Assembly (NCBI GenBank): GCA_951406725.2
Contig: OX597826.1
Coordinates: 65,968,001 to 66,032,000, forward strand
DNA: 64,000 bases
Direction of reading: 5' to 3'
DNA from: Octopus vulgaris
Lineage: Eukaryota
Part shown: positions 54,401 through 62,920 of the stretch, in pieces
Layout of the letters: each line of letters starts with the position of its first letter
Numbering within the stretch: the first letter of the stretch is position 1
Translations under genes and position numbers: made by a program
The notes under the pieces: model-generated
The model's database searches: none
What the model saw: the letters and a program-made list of their open reading frames with translations, nothing else
Told to the model about the DNA's origin: nothing

Positions 54401-56387
54401 ATGTTTGAAGAAGTATGGGAAGGTCCAGTTGGTAGAGTTTACAGAGAGTGAGAAAACAGATCCTTGCAGTACACCATTTGAGAAATTACTTATTCTAGAG
54501 TTACTGTTACTTGCGTGCCAGTGGCACGTGAAAAAACATTCAAGCAAGGTCATTGCCAGTGCCACTGGACTGACTCCTGTGCAGGTGGCATGTAAAAAAC
54601 ACCACTTAAGCGTGGCTGTTGCCAGTACTGCCTGACTGGCCCTCGTGCCAGTGGCACATAAAAGCATTCACTACACTCTTGGAGTGGTTGGCATTAGGAA
54701 GGGCATCCAGCTGTAGAAACTCTGCCAGATCAGATTGGAGCCTGGTGCAGCCATCTGCTTTGCCAGTCCTCAGTCAAATCGTCTCACCCATGCTAGCATG
54801 GAAAGCGGACATTAAAGGATGATGATGATGATGATGATGATAAGCCTGGTGATCGGAGAGATGTGGTTGGCATTGCTAGATAAAGCAAAAAGCAATATGT
54901 TTAATCAAGACCACTGAGGTCGACTTTGTCTTTCATCCTTTTGGGGTTGATAAATTAACCACCAGTTGTCTACTAGGGTTGATCTAATCAACAGGTTCCC
55001 TCCCAGAAAATTTCGGGCCTTGTGCCTAGAGTAGAAAAGAGTATGATTAATCAAGGATTTCTTACAGAGCAAGAGATTTATATTATCAACTTTTCTGTTC
55101 CCATATTTCTGTTGAAATACACTGGCCTTTGTTTCAATCAATTTTGGAAATATTCTTTAATTCATTTTTCTTTTAGCTGTTTCAGTCATTTGACTGTGGT
55201 CATGCTGGAGCACCACCTTGAAGGGGGTTTAGTCAAACAAACCAACACCCAGTACTTATTTTTTGACCAACATAAACACACAAGAACCAGTTGTCAAGCA
55301 GTGATGGGGGGAACAAACACAAAGACACAAACACAAATTTGGAGTAGACAAAACAAGGGACAACTGATGAAGGGGAACGTTCTTTATGTTGCATGTTTCA
55401 TTTCTGTTTGCTTTTTTCATTGTTCAAAAAAAAAGTTTGTTTTCTTTGTTTCTGTTTTTTATGTTTTCATTTCTCATTTTGTCTACATTTTTATGATGTC
55501 CTGTACCCATATATACATGTATATATACATAAATATGTAGGTATGTACGTATATGTATGTATATATGCATATATTTATATATTATTTATATTATTATACG
55601 ATCGAATGCCACTTACCCTTTTCCAAGAAAGTTTTATCATAATAATTAAGATGCACACTCTTATTCTATCTCTTTTCTTTCTATCTTACTCTCTTGTTGT
55701 TCTTCCTTTCTGTTTTTCTCTCCTACCCTTTCCCTATTCTTCTCCTCTCCCCTTCACCATTCCTTCTCTCTCACTCTTCCTCCTTGACTCTCTCATTGCT
55801 CACACATGACCAACAGCCATCCACCTTCCTTTCTTCCACTTCCTTCCTAAAGACAAGACATGCTTTTATCCGTCTCTTCTCAAAGCTCATTTTTCCAGCG
55901 TTCACCACTTCACATCGTCTTGGCTTAACAGCCGTCATCGTTTGTTTTTACTGTTTTGTTCTCACTGTTTTGTTCTCACTGTCCTGTTTTTGTTACCACT
56001 TTAACCCTCTGCAAAAAAATCCAAAATTTTATTTAATTTGCTTTACGGGTAGGACTGTTTTAACAAAGTCATGTCTTGTCCTTACCTTCAAAATGTGGAG
56101 TAGATAAAACAGGGGACAACTGATGAAGGGATTGTTCTTTATGTTGCATGTCTCATTTCTCTGTTTGTTTTTTCATTGTTCGAAAAAAGTTTGTTTTCCA
56201 AGTTTTGTGTCTTTGTTCTCTTTTCTCATTTTGTCAACGTTTTTTGATGTCCTGTACCCATATATGCATGTATATATACATATATATGTAACTATGTACA
56301 TATATGTATGTATGTATATATGCATATATTTATATATTATTTATATCATTATATGATCGAATGCCACACATCCTTTTCCAAGTAAGT

Positions 56388-56419
<32 letters not shown>

Positions 56420-56821
56420 CATACATACATACATACACACACACACTTCTTTCAGTTTCCCTCAACCAAATCCACTCACAAGGTTTTGGTTAGCCCAAGG
56501 TTATAGTAGAAGACACTTGCCCAAGGTGCCATGCAGTGGGACTGAACCAAGAACAATGTGGTTAGCAAGCAAACTTCTTACCACACAGCCACGCCTGCAT
56601 TAGTAAAAATAATTATGTCATTATTAAACTTATGCTTTAAGCATAAATTAACATGAAATTTTAATGAAAAGTTTTAATTTGGATCACATTAAACAGGAAG
56701 TTTGTATCATAGAACCAAGGGCAGCCTCAGGTGGGTAGGTATCAAAAGGATTAAGGATAAGAATAAAGATTAAAAGAGAAGCTTACCTTGGCTTCCAGCC
56801 ATTTTTGTCTTTCCCACTCAT
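639..56821 (-). CDS. SLC4A11: SLC4A11-like (BTR1/NaBC1) SLC4 family membrane transporter, complete 19-coding-exon gene, ~806 aa
   Basis: Manual splice reconstruction: all introns GT-AG with compatible phases; exon lengths sum to 2421 nt ending in TAA. Diagnostic SLC4A11 motifs: [138 protein letters not shown]. Confidence 0.95.
726..980. mobile_element. Palindromic (foldback) MITE remnant
   Basis: Inverted arms ttaaatttaatttgtcaaaatatt...aatattttgacaaattaaatttaa; half-copy at ~29416-29570. Confidence 0.55.
1704..1873 (-). CDS. SLC4A11: SLC4A11 coding exon 18 ([24 protein letters not shown]...LIPAR)
   Basis: ctttcag acceptor, AG|gtaagt donor, 170 nt. Confidence 0.97.
2518..3211. repeat. AT-rich minisatellite of GAAAATTTTC / GGGTAAAATTTTCGGT modules
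   Basis: Direct reading; explains the repetitive KFFENF ORFs. Confidence 0.95.
3287..3479 (-). CDS. SLC4A11: SLC4A11 coding exon 17 ([10 protein letters not shown]...VLYGLFLF...LLFTEQ)
   Basis: cctcag acceptor, CAG|gtaaga donor, 193 nt. Confidence 0.97.
5733..5789 (+). ncRNA. Decayed type I hammerhead ribozyme relic
   Basis: ATGGA-TT-CCT CTGATGA GAACC cgataa GGTTC AAGA ATCAAT TA AGG-TTG-TCCAT: stems I and II intact; GAAA mutated to AAGA and stem III ATCGAT to ATCAAT (CpG-type decay). Confidence 0.55.
5797..6166 (+). mobile_element. tRNA-derived SINE family A copy
   Basis: Same head, body and tail as 31271-31700. Confidence 0.88.
7185..7735. repeat. Degenerate AGACCAAAGATC-type tandem repeat
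   Basis: Recurrent agaccaaa/gatcaaa modules. Confidence 0.8.
7754..7927 (-). CDS. SLC4A11: SLC4A11 coding exon 16 ([11 protein letters not shown]...[23 protein letters not shown])
   Basis: catcag acceptor, AC|gtaagt donor, 174 nt. Confidence 0.97.
8100..8670. repeat. 32-bp minisatellite (GACAGACCGATAGTGTCGATGTCACAATGTAT)n
   Basis: Period 32 verified at 8401/8433; ~17 copies. Confidence 0.95.
10968..11139 (-). CDS. SLC4A11: SLC4A11 coding exon 15 (GESFDP...[28 protein letters not shown])
   Basis: ttttag acceptor, AA|gtaagc donor; not in the ORF track, read manually; TM8 motif. Confidence 0.95.
12914..13309 (-). mobile_element. Non-autonomous Helitron
   Basis: Minus strand A|TCTTTATATATAAAA...CCCGAGCAATGCCAGG hairpin...CTAG|T; closely related copy at 56969-57368. 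Confidence 0.8.
13864..14085. mobile_element. Mariner-derived MITE
   Basis: Degenerate TIRs (ctgaaaagttcctgg / ccaggcacttttcag) and internal remnant of the mariner GEY.E* 3' end. Confidence 0.6.
14220..14326 (-). CDS. SLC4A11: SLC4A11 coding exon 14 ([20 protein letters not shown]...FRDIK)
   Basis: ttttcag acceptor, C|gtaagt donor, 107 nt. Confidence 0.95.
15613..16823 (-). mobile_element. Full-length degenerate mariner (DD34D) DNA transposon
   Basis: ~28-bp TIRs TTAGGTCATCCTATAAATAATGTGG / CCACATTATTTATGGGATGACCAAA; frameshifted transposase with [39 protein letters not shown]. Confidence 0.93.
16828..17082 (-). mobile_element. Tc1-family transposon 3' fragment
   Basis: TA|CAGGGGTTGGACAAAATAATGGAAA TIR and transposase C-terminus [20 protein letters not shown]...[13 protein letters not shown]. 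Confidence 0.88.
17566..17722 (-). CDS. SLC4A11: SLC4A11 coding exon 13 (extracellular loop + [23 protein letters not shown])
   Basis: atgtag acceptor, AC|gtaagt donor; NLT N-glycosylation sequon in the loop. Confidence 0.9.
17790..18690 (+). mobile_element. Truncated degenerate mariner transposon
   Basis: TA|CAAGGAGGTACCCAAAAGTAA TIR-like start; frameshifted transposase ([38 protein letters not shown]); truncated at the GAA tract. Confidence 0.85.
18695..19212. repeat. Long (GAA)n / purine-rich tract
   Basis: Direct reading. Confidence 0.97.
19227..19300 (-). CDS. SLC4A11: SLC4A11 coding exon 12 ([24 protein letters not shown])
   Basis: ctttcag acceptor, A|gtgagt donor, 74 nt, TRS.EEIF motif across junction. 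Confidence 0.95.
21469..21601 (-). CDS. SLC4A11: SLC4A11 coding exon 11 ([12 protein letters not shown]...VGLWNTFFL...MQWSTR)
   Basis: ttctag acceptor, AG|gtgagt donor, 133 nt. Confidence 0.95.
22040..22416 (+). mobile_element. CR1-clade LINE 3' end (5'-truncated)
   Basis: ORF2 C-terminus RRGDLIL...LRGHSEKL...(1-nt frameshift)[14 protein letters not shown]...FKVSLD...*, 3'UTR, (CTAA)n tail. Confidence 0.88.
23144..23257 (-). CDS. SLC4A11: SLC4A11 coding exon 10 ([37 protein letters not shown])
   Basis: ctccag acceptor, A|gtaagg donor, 114 nt, TM2-3 motif. Confidence 0.95.
25134..25548 (+). mobile_element. LTR-like relic inserted into a SINE
   Basis: TGTAGT...ACTACA termini, internal TATATAA (~25271) and AATAAA (25479); interrupts a SINE that resumes ~25598; no clear TSD. 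Confidence 0.55.
27127..27249 (-). CDS. SLC4A11: SLC4A11 coding exon 9 (TM1: [20 protein letters not shown])
   Basis: acacag acceptor, A|gtaagt donor, SLC4 TM1 motif. Confidence 0.95.
29570..29960 (-). mobile_element. HERO-like (RLE endonuclease) non-LTR retrotransposon 3' end
   Basis: [29 protein letters not shown]...[11 protein letters not shown] (29960-29760), the EVGCRGF restriction-like endonuclease tail, followed by 3'UTR. Confidence 0.75.
30065..30462. repeat. Cryptic (CA/TA)-rich simple repeat
   Basis: Direct reading; a similar tract lies at 53800-54120. Confidence 0.9.
31086..31173 (-). CDS. SLC4A11: SLC4A11 coding exon 8 ([29 protein letters not shown])
   Basis: ttacag acceptor, G|gtgaat donor; conserved SLC4 G..D..RR.P.Y.SD..D motif. 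Confidence 0.93.
31271..31700 (+). mobile_element. tRNA-derived SINE family A (full copy; internal (TA)n(TG)n, (AGTAAAG)n tail)
   Basis: Pol III A box TGGCTGTGTGG and B box GGTTCAGTCCC; many copies in both orientations, e.g. 5797-6166+, 11385-11792-, 30560-30930-, 41250-41670-, 45823-46228+, 59410-59758-. Confidence 0.9.
33078..33260 (-). CDS. SLC4A11: SLC4A11 coding exon 7 ([18 protein letters not shown]...ETEQ)
   Basis: ttttcag acceptor, CAG|gttagt donor, [10 protein letters not shown] motif. Confidence 0.92.
33505..33573 (+). ncRNA. Degenerate hammerhead-like motif inside an inverted-repeat (Penelope-like) insertion
   Basis: CAC CTGAAGA T TGACTGT...ACGGCCA T GAAA TGATCA TA GTG; palindromic stem III; flanked by ~48-bp inverted repeats (about 33463-33510 / 33665-33712) within (TA)n. 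Confidence 0.45.
34293..34676 (-). mobile_element. tRNA-derived SINE family D (young, CpG-rich copy)
   Basis: Minus strand GGAGGCGCAATAGTCCCAGTGGTTAGGGCAG...GGTTTCGATTCCC head; relatives at 9580-9850-, 22560-22810-, 27450-27748+, 61190-61712+. Confidence 0.8.
36179..37015 (-). mobile_element. Non-autonomous Helitron, second subfamily
   Basis: A|TCTCTCTATATAAAA 5' end; 3' CCCGGGCAACGCCGGG hairpin then CTAG|T in a (TA)n tract. Confidence 0.8.
37218..37268 (-). ncRNA. Degenerate minimal hammerhead relic
   Basis: Minus: GTCCCTA CTGATGA GGCTA cgggat TAGCT GAAA CTGACCAA TA CAGGAAA; core and stem II intact, stems I and III decayed. Confidence 0.45.
37651..37774 (-). CDS. SLC4A11: SLC4A11 coding exon 6 (CCSPLVTK...[24 protein letters not shown])
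   Basis: ctttcag acceptor, GAG|gtaagc donor, 124 nt. Confidence 0.92.
39784..40002. mobile_element. piggyBac-type MITE
   Basis: TTAA|CCCTTTAG...CTAAAGGG|TTAA; degenerate relatives near 40350-40570, 57550-57980, 59020-59237. Confidence 0.7.
40738..40822 (-). CDS. SLC4A11: SLC4A11 coding exon 5 ([27 protein letters not shown])
   Basis: tttcag acceptor, AT|gtaagt donor, YDQSWIC motif. Confidence 0.9.
42883..43075 (-). CDS. SLC4A11: SLC4A11 coding exon 4 ([13 protein letters not shown]...LLFTHDG)
   Basis: ttctag acceptor, G|gtaagt donor; resembles SLC4A11 cytoplasmic domain (KNFKEEIRA...LFTD). Confidence 0.9.
43190..43617 (+). mobile_element. SINE-like family C (internal ~60-bp GTGGCACGTAAAAAGCACC repeats, GGAAGGGCATCCAGCTGTAGAAA motif, (GAT)n tail)
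   Basis: Copies at 38155-38592+, 54515-54842+, 58510-58897+, 10474-10838-, 28773-29190-, 31812-32025-. Confidence 0.8.
43692..44271. repeat. 29-bp minisatellite (TATCATCCTCACCATCACTCRTCCTTAYC)n
   Basis: Period 29, ~20 copies. Confidence 0.95.
44482..45172 (-). mobile_element. Retrozyme / Penelope-pLTR-like non-autonomous element (1.4 x 491-bp unit)
   Basis: Identical 200-bp direct repeats 44482-44681 and 44973-45172, hammerhead in between, inserted in the (TA)n tract of a SINE. Confidence 0.7.
44711..44817 (-). ncRNA. Type I hammerhead ribozyme with extended stem II
   Basis: Minus strand: stem I ATTTCTTA (44817-44810) / TAAGAAAT (44718-44711); core CTGATGA (44809-44803); stem II TCTA/TAGA plus 19-bp distal hairpin; GAAA (44734-44731); stem III CGGTGCATCG; GUA cleavage triplet (44721-44719). 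One deviation: A10.1-C11.1 instead of G-C. Confidence 0.8.
46812..46849 (-). CDS. SLC4A11: SLC4A11 coding exon 3, 38-nt micro-exon ([13 protein letters not shown])
   Basis: tatag acceptor, GAG|gtaaat donor; its phase 1/0 bridges exon 2 (ends phase 1) and exon 4 (starts phase 0). Confidence 0.7.
49143..49375 (+). mobile_element. SINE family B (central CCTTTCATCCTTTCGGGGTCGATAAA..AGTACCAG domain, MetaSINE-like)
   Basis: Recurrent ~230-bp element; copies at 21740-21993-, 42372-42601-, 51492-51724-, 52445-52652- and many (AAT)n-tailed variants. Superfamily assignment is from memory. Confidence 0.75.
49584..49780 (-). CDS. SLC4A11: SLC4A11 coding exon 2 (VSDGTSTEE...SIGSDEK), acidic N-terminus
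   Basis: ctttgtag acceptor, G|gtatgt donor, open 197 nt, phases 2/1 fit neighbours. Confidence 0.8.
56787..56821 (-). CDS. SLC4A11: SLC4A11 coding exon 1 ([11 protein letters not shown]+AG); exon probably extends through 5'UTR to acceptor at 56940
   Basis: AAAATGA start context, AAG|gtaagc donor, phase 2 matches exon 2; upstream ttatttttcag acceptor implies a further non-coding exon upstream. Confidence 0.65.
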
Positions 56822-56968
56822 TTTTACACAAACAAATGATGCAAACACTCGAGATCTTTATTCAGATAAACTAAAGAAAAAGGTTGTAGTTGCCAAAACT
56901 ATATCTGATGAAAGACAGGTCAAAATTTTCTGTACACTTCTGAAAAATAAATAAAATTTTATATTAAA

Positions 56969-57368
56969 CTAGCAGTATCGCCCGGTGTTGCTCGGGTTTG
57001 TAAGGGAAATAACTATATAAGCATTTTTAGAGACGTAAAGTATAATAGCCATCTCAATATGGCTAACCACAAAGGGTGGGGGGGGTTACCGTAGCTTTTT
57101 ACGTTCTGAGATTTAATAATAAATTTTTAGAGAGTTACTTCCCTTATATATGCCAAAAATGCATTAAAAAATGGGAAAAATTGATGGTAAATTATTTTTT
57201 AAATCGTAGACTCATCGTAGACGCGCGCTAATACCCAGAAGGCCTCGATATGAATCACGACTATAAGATACCCGGTTTTGGTTAAACTGCACCGCAAAAT
57301 GTGGGAGTAGTTAGGAATCTAAATCGTAGAAGACAGACAGCACACAACCTCTCTTTTATATATAAAGA
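56969..57368 (-). mobile_element. Non-autonomous Helitron (same family as 12914-13309)
   Basis: 5' TC, 3' CCGAGCAACACCGGG hairpin + CTAG, A|T target, no TSD. Confidence 0.8.
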
Positions 57369-59576
57369 TATGTATGGAGTCACCATTACCATTATTAGTA
57401 TTATTATTATCTCCCTTTCATTCAACCTCTTTTTTCCAGTCACCAATGGATACAGTTTAATACCACACACACACACATACACACACCATAGTCATCTCAT
57501 AAAATTTAGAGTGACTTGGTAGCCTATACCATAATTTCATTGATTGTTTAATCTGTTAGCATTTAAACTGGCCGTATCAGGCCCAAATATTCTGTTTTAG
57601 GTTCAAGCTGGATACATCTGGTCATTCACTCCTACTCTCCAATGTCATTCTAAAAATATAGTCACATCACTGAAATCTCAAAGCTACAAGATAATGTATG
57701 AGGAATTCAAAACAATGCGAATAAAATAAGGATTACATTTGACACAGAATAATATCAATGCTAAAAGGTTTATAACTGACCATATTTGGCCCATATATTC
57801 TACCTGTTTAATTTCCAAAATGGCTACATCCAGCCTTTCACACTTACCCAACAATGTCATTCTAAGCATAAATAATCATATCAATATCTCAACGCTACAA
57901 GATAATGCATGGTTAATTCAGAAATGATGTGAATAAATAAGTATTACATTTGACAAAGTAATGTAAATGCTAAAAGGTTAAGGTGCCTGTGTAACCAAAA
58001 GCAGGCATAAGCATCCTCTCGGTCATCCCATACCTGATCCAGCTGGACATTCAACACGATCAAACACAAAGATCACATACCTTAGGTAAACAGAGAAGTG
58101 AATTGATGTGATATTCATATCGTTTCCAAGGACATTAGTGATGCAAATTTTGAAAAGAAAATAGCTCCATTCAGAGATTGAAACCTCTTCTCATGATCAG
58201 CTTACCACTTGATCTATAAATAACACAGCAAATGGTAAGTGATACATCCAATACAAGTGTATCAATGACACTAAAAATTAAAATTAAATTCCATCTCATC
58301 TGGAGGTCAGAGAGGACTACAATGGTCGTTGTTGTCTTGTTGCTTCAAACTATAATCAACAACATATCACCTATGCAAACAACAATCAATGTATTGTAGA
58401 AATTGAATATCAGAGTGACAGAATGAACAACTCACATCATTTTCAGTGGGTAACTATAATGAAGATCTTCATGAAGAAACTAAACAATACACCAGGATAG
58501 TAGTTGTGATACCTGTGCCGGTGGTATGTAAAATACACCATCTGTACGTGGCCAATGCCAGTGCCGCCTTGACTGGCTTCCGTACCAGTGGCACGTAAAA
58601 AGCACCATCTGTACGTGGCCGATGCCAGCGCTGCCTTGACTGGCTTCCATGCCAGTGGCACATAAAAAGCATCAACCAATTGTGGCCATTGCCAGCCTTC
58701 CCTGGCACCTGTGCCAGTGGCACGTAAAAAGCACCTACTACACTCACGGAGTGGTTGGCGTTAGGAAGGACATTGAGCTGTAGAAACACTGCCAGATCAG
58801 ACTGGAGCCTGATGCAGCCTCCTGGCTTTCCAGTCTCCGGTCGAACCATCTAACCCATGCTAGCATGGAAAACGGACGTATGATGATGATGATGATTGAG
58901 GAAGTTGAGCACAAGACCAATAATGACAATGGTGACTCTTTACAGATTTCAACAACAAATGGTCTATCTGTCTGTTTGATCAATGGAACTATCAATAGAG
59001 TAAGTGGCTGAGTATTCCTTAAAATTTTTAGCATTCAGATTTCTCTGCCAAATGCAATGCTTATGCATTCACATTGCTTTGAATTAATCATGCATTTTCT
59101 CATAGCTTTGGGATTGCAATGGTGTGACTGTTTATTTTAAGGATTACATTGTAAGGCAGGTGTGAGAGGCAATACCTTGCCACAAAATGGGTAGAATATT
59201 TGAGATGTATATGGCCGGTTTAAATGTTAAAGGGTTAAATCAGTGGTTCTTGACCACCTCTTACCTTAAGTAGTTGCTGTGCCTTGCACCCACCTAAGTG
59301 ACGAATGAGGTATCACAACTTGACTAACTTAACATGGATGATAATTTATAAACTTTACTCTAGAAATGGATTCTATAAACTTTTAACAGTGAAATGATAA
59401 AAAAATTTATTCTTTTATTTATTTCAGTCATTTGACTGCGGCCATGCTGGAGCACTGCCTTTAATCGAACAAATCAATCCTAGGACTTATTCTATTGATC
59501 TCTTTTGCCAAACCACCAAGTTACAGGGACGCGGACACACCAACATTGGTTATCAAGCAATGGTGGGCAGGGGGCA

Positions 59577-59619
<43 letters not shown>

Positions 59620-59984
59620 GATGGGCTTCTTTCAATTTCCGTCTACCAAATCCACTCACAAGGCTTTGGTCAACCTGAGGCTATAGTAGAAGACACTTGC
59701 CCAAAGTGCCATGCAGTGGGACTGAACCTGAAACCATGTGGTTGGCAAGCAAGCTACTTTATTTCAAAAATTTTGACATAAAGGCATGACACAGAGTAGC
59801 TTGCGGGCTGGACAAATACATTGATGAGGGGAATGATGAAAAGGACGATATTAATGGGAGAAGACAACAAACACCCGTCAATTTTTTGCTTCTCTAAAAC
59901 ATTATTCTCTTCTTTTTTTCAAAGAAAAAGACAAAACGAGGTAATGAACCTCTTACTTCAGTTTTACAATTATTGGACAGCGAA

Positions 59985-60505
59985 GATGTCATTGTGACAT
60001 CTGTGGTCTCACAGCAAGGGTGTCATTGTGACAATTGTAACATCATAGCAAGTGTCTCATTGTGACAGCTGTAACATCACAGCAAGGGTGTCATTGTGAC
60101 AGTTGTAACATCATAGCAAGTGTCTCATTGTGACAGCTGTAACATCACAGCAAGGGTGTCATTGTTACAGTTGTAACATCATAGCAAGTGTCTCATTGTG
60201 ACAGCTGTAACATCACAGCAAGGGTGTCATTGTTACAGTTGTAACATCATAGCAAGTGTCTCATTGTGACAGCTGTAACATCACAGCAAGGGTGTCATTG
60301 TTACAGTTGTAACATCATAGCAAGTGTCTCATTGTGACAGCTGTAACATCACAGCAAGGGTGTCATTGTTACAGTTGTAACATCATAGCAAGTGTCTCAT
60401 TGTGACAGCTGTGACATCACAATGAATATGTCATCGTGACTGCTGTGGTGTCACAGTAAGGGTGTCATGACAGTCAGTGTGTCATTGAGACAGTTATGAC
60501 ATCAC
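59985..60505. repeat. 34-bp minisatellite with alternating A/B units (68-bp dimer)
   Basis: TGTGACAG recurs at 60061, 60095, 60129; variants alternate. Confidence 0.93.
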
Positions 60506-61240
60506 AGAGAGAGAGAGAGAGATAATATTGCAGCTGGGATGCATTAATGAGGGTGTCAACAGTGACGCCAGTATGTCACTATTTGGGCTTTGTCAGTAGT
60601 GTGCACCCATGCCAATCACATGCTAAGACAAAATCTATGACTACTGGTATAGAAAAACAGTGACTGAGAAATCACTAGTGTTGCAATTTGCCACTGAGAT
60701 ACACAAAAATGTGCATCTGTCATTCTCTCCAATGCTGCTGGACAATTTTTGTCAGCTGCTGATGTTATTGTGTTTTAAATAAAGCGACATCCATAAGAAA
60801 TATTATCTTCAGATGAATACCACATTTAATTTGTCTTCAGCAATGTATTTGCATTCTGTATGATGCACAGATAGTTATTTTAATCTAATACCAGTTTTGT
60901 TGCACATAAAGGATTTTATTCAGCCAGACAGCTAATTTCAAAATCAGTGATTGAAAAATCATTGTTTTCCTATATCAGTAGTAATGGATTTTTTTCTTGG
61001 CATGTAGTTGACAGTGTGTACATGTTACAGAAAAATACCTAAAGAGGCAGAAATGTGCATCTAACATTCTCACACTGTTGTTGGATGATTTTTGTCAACT
61101 ACTGATATGTTTGTTTTTAACCACAGTAAGTTTATAAGGGATATTATCTTCAGGTGAACAGCACAAGTACTTCGCTTTTTGTAATGTGTGAAGACACATA
61201 GGCTAGTGGTTAGAGTATTCAGCTCTCAATCGTATGGTCA

Positions 61241-61448
61241 GCCGTTCAAGAATTTGGACCTGGAGATCTCCATTTCCAGCAACATCGAGGGCCACCTTCC
61301 AGTGGTGTCGGGCGTCAACGTAGAGCCCTCGACTACAACAAGAAGACCAAAGTTTTTTTTTTTGTTTCCAAAGACTGTGGTCTCCTGCCCCTAAGCCCTA
61401 GACCATCACCTAATCACCCTTACCCGTCTTGTTGCTTAACAACAACAA
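61241..61448 (+). mobile_element. 5'-truncated retroposed fragment with (AAC)n tail nested in a SINE
   Basis: 14-bp TSD CAATCGTATGGTCA at 61227-61240 and 61449-61462. Confidence 0.8.
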
Positions 61449-62878
61449 CAATCGTATGGTCATGAGTTCAATTCCTGGCAGTGCATTGTATCCTTAAAAC
61501 ACTTTACTTCACACTGCTCCAGTCCATTCAGCTGGCAAAACTGAGCTGCACCAGTAATTCAAAAGGGACAGCCTTGTCACTTTCTGTGTCTCACTGAATT
61601 TCCCTGACAACTCTGCTAAGGGTATGCGTCTGAGGAGTGCTCAGCCACTTGCATGTTAATTTTGCAAGGAGGCGGTTCTGTTGATCAAATGAACTAGAAC
61701 ACTTGTTGTCATGAATAAGCCAGAACACTTGTCAAAGAGCCAGGCTGAAACGTATTTCCATTTTGTATCATACACAGGTGGCTATTTAAATTTATTTCTA
61801 TTGCACATAATGGATTTTATTCAGCTAGACAGCTAATTTTAACATCAGTGATTGTTCAGTCTCTACTTTTCTATATCACCAGTCATGAAGGATTCTGCGT
61901 AGCATGCAGCTCGCATGGGTACAGACTACTAACCAAGCCCAAAGACAGAGAGTAATCTACATCTAGCAATCTCACTACTGCTGCTGGTATATTTACAGTT
62001 TTAAATACATCATGTCCATAACAGATGTTATCGCTGGACAAATACCACAGTTAATGTATTATACATCAAGTATAATACACAGATGGCTATTTTAGTCTAA
62101 TACAGCTTCTGTTATACAGAAGAGCATTAGGAAGAGCATCCAGCTGCAGGCACCACGCCACAACAGACCGTTGCAGTCTGGACAGCTCCCCAGCAGGCCA
62201 GTTCCATGTCAAACTGTCCAACCCATGCCAGCACAGAAAGAAAACATTAAGTAATGCTGATGCTGCTGCTGATGATGATGATATTCCAAGCCTGCAGGAG
62301 TCAGGTGAATTTCTCGAGGCACGTTTTCTATGGCTGGATGTCCTTCCTGTTGCCAACCCTCACTCATTTCCAGACAAAGCAAAGTAATATTTCTCCATGG
62401 CCAGACATGCTTCACACAGAAGACTGGAAATGAACAACACCACTTGTATCCCATCTGGTGCTCATTTACAATCATCATATGATGTCAAGACAAGCATATA
62501 CAGTAACACCCACACACACACGATGGGCTTCTGTTTACCAAATCTGCTCACAAGACAAAGTAATAACACCCCCACCACATCACCGTCATTATAGATTAAC
62601 TAATAACACACAAACAAACACCAGCTGCTCATAGTCTTCTCGGCTCATTAAATGTGTTGTCACCTCTTCTCAACAGCTGCTTCTGTTGATTTTAAAATTA
62701 AAAGTTGGTAAATAAATCGACATTGTTTGGTCATTGGTTTAACTGGCCAAACAAAACAGAATAGCTTCACTGAGCTTGGCCTTTTATACCAGTAGTTCTC
62801 AACCACAGCTACCAGGGATGGATGCAGTCCCTGAGCATCCTTCTAGCAGCTCCTGACAGTTTTCCCTCCATGGTGGCA

Positions 62879-62910
<32 letters not shown>

Positions 62911-62920
62911 CAACCTTTGA

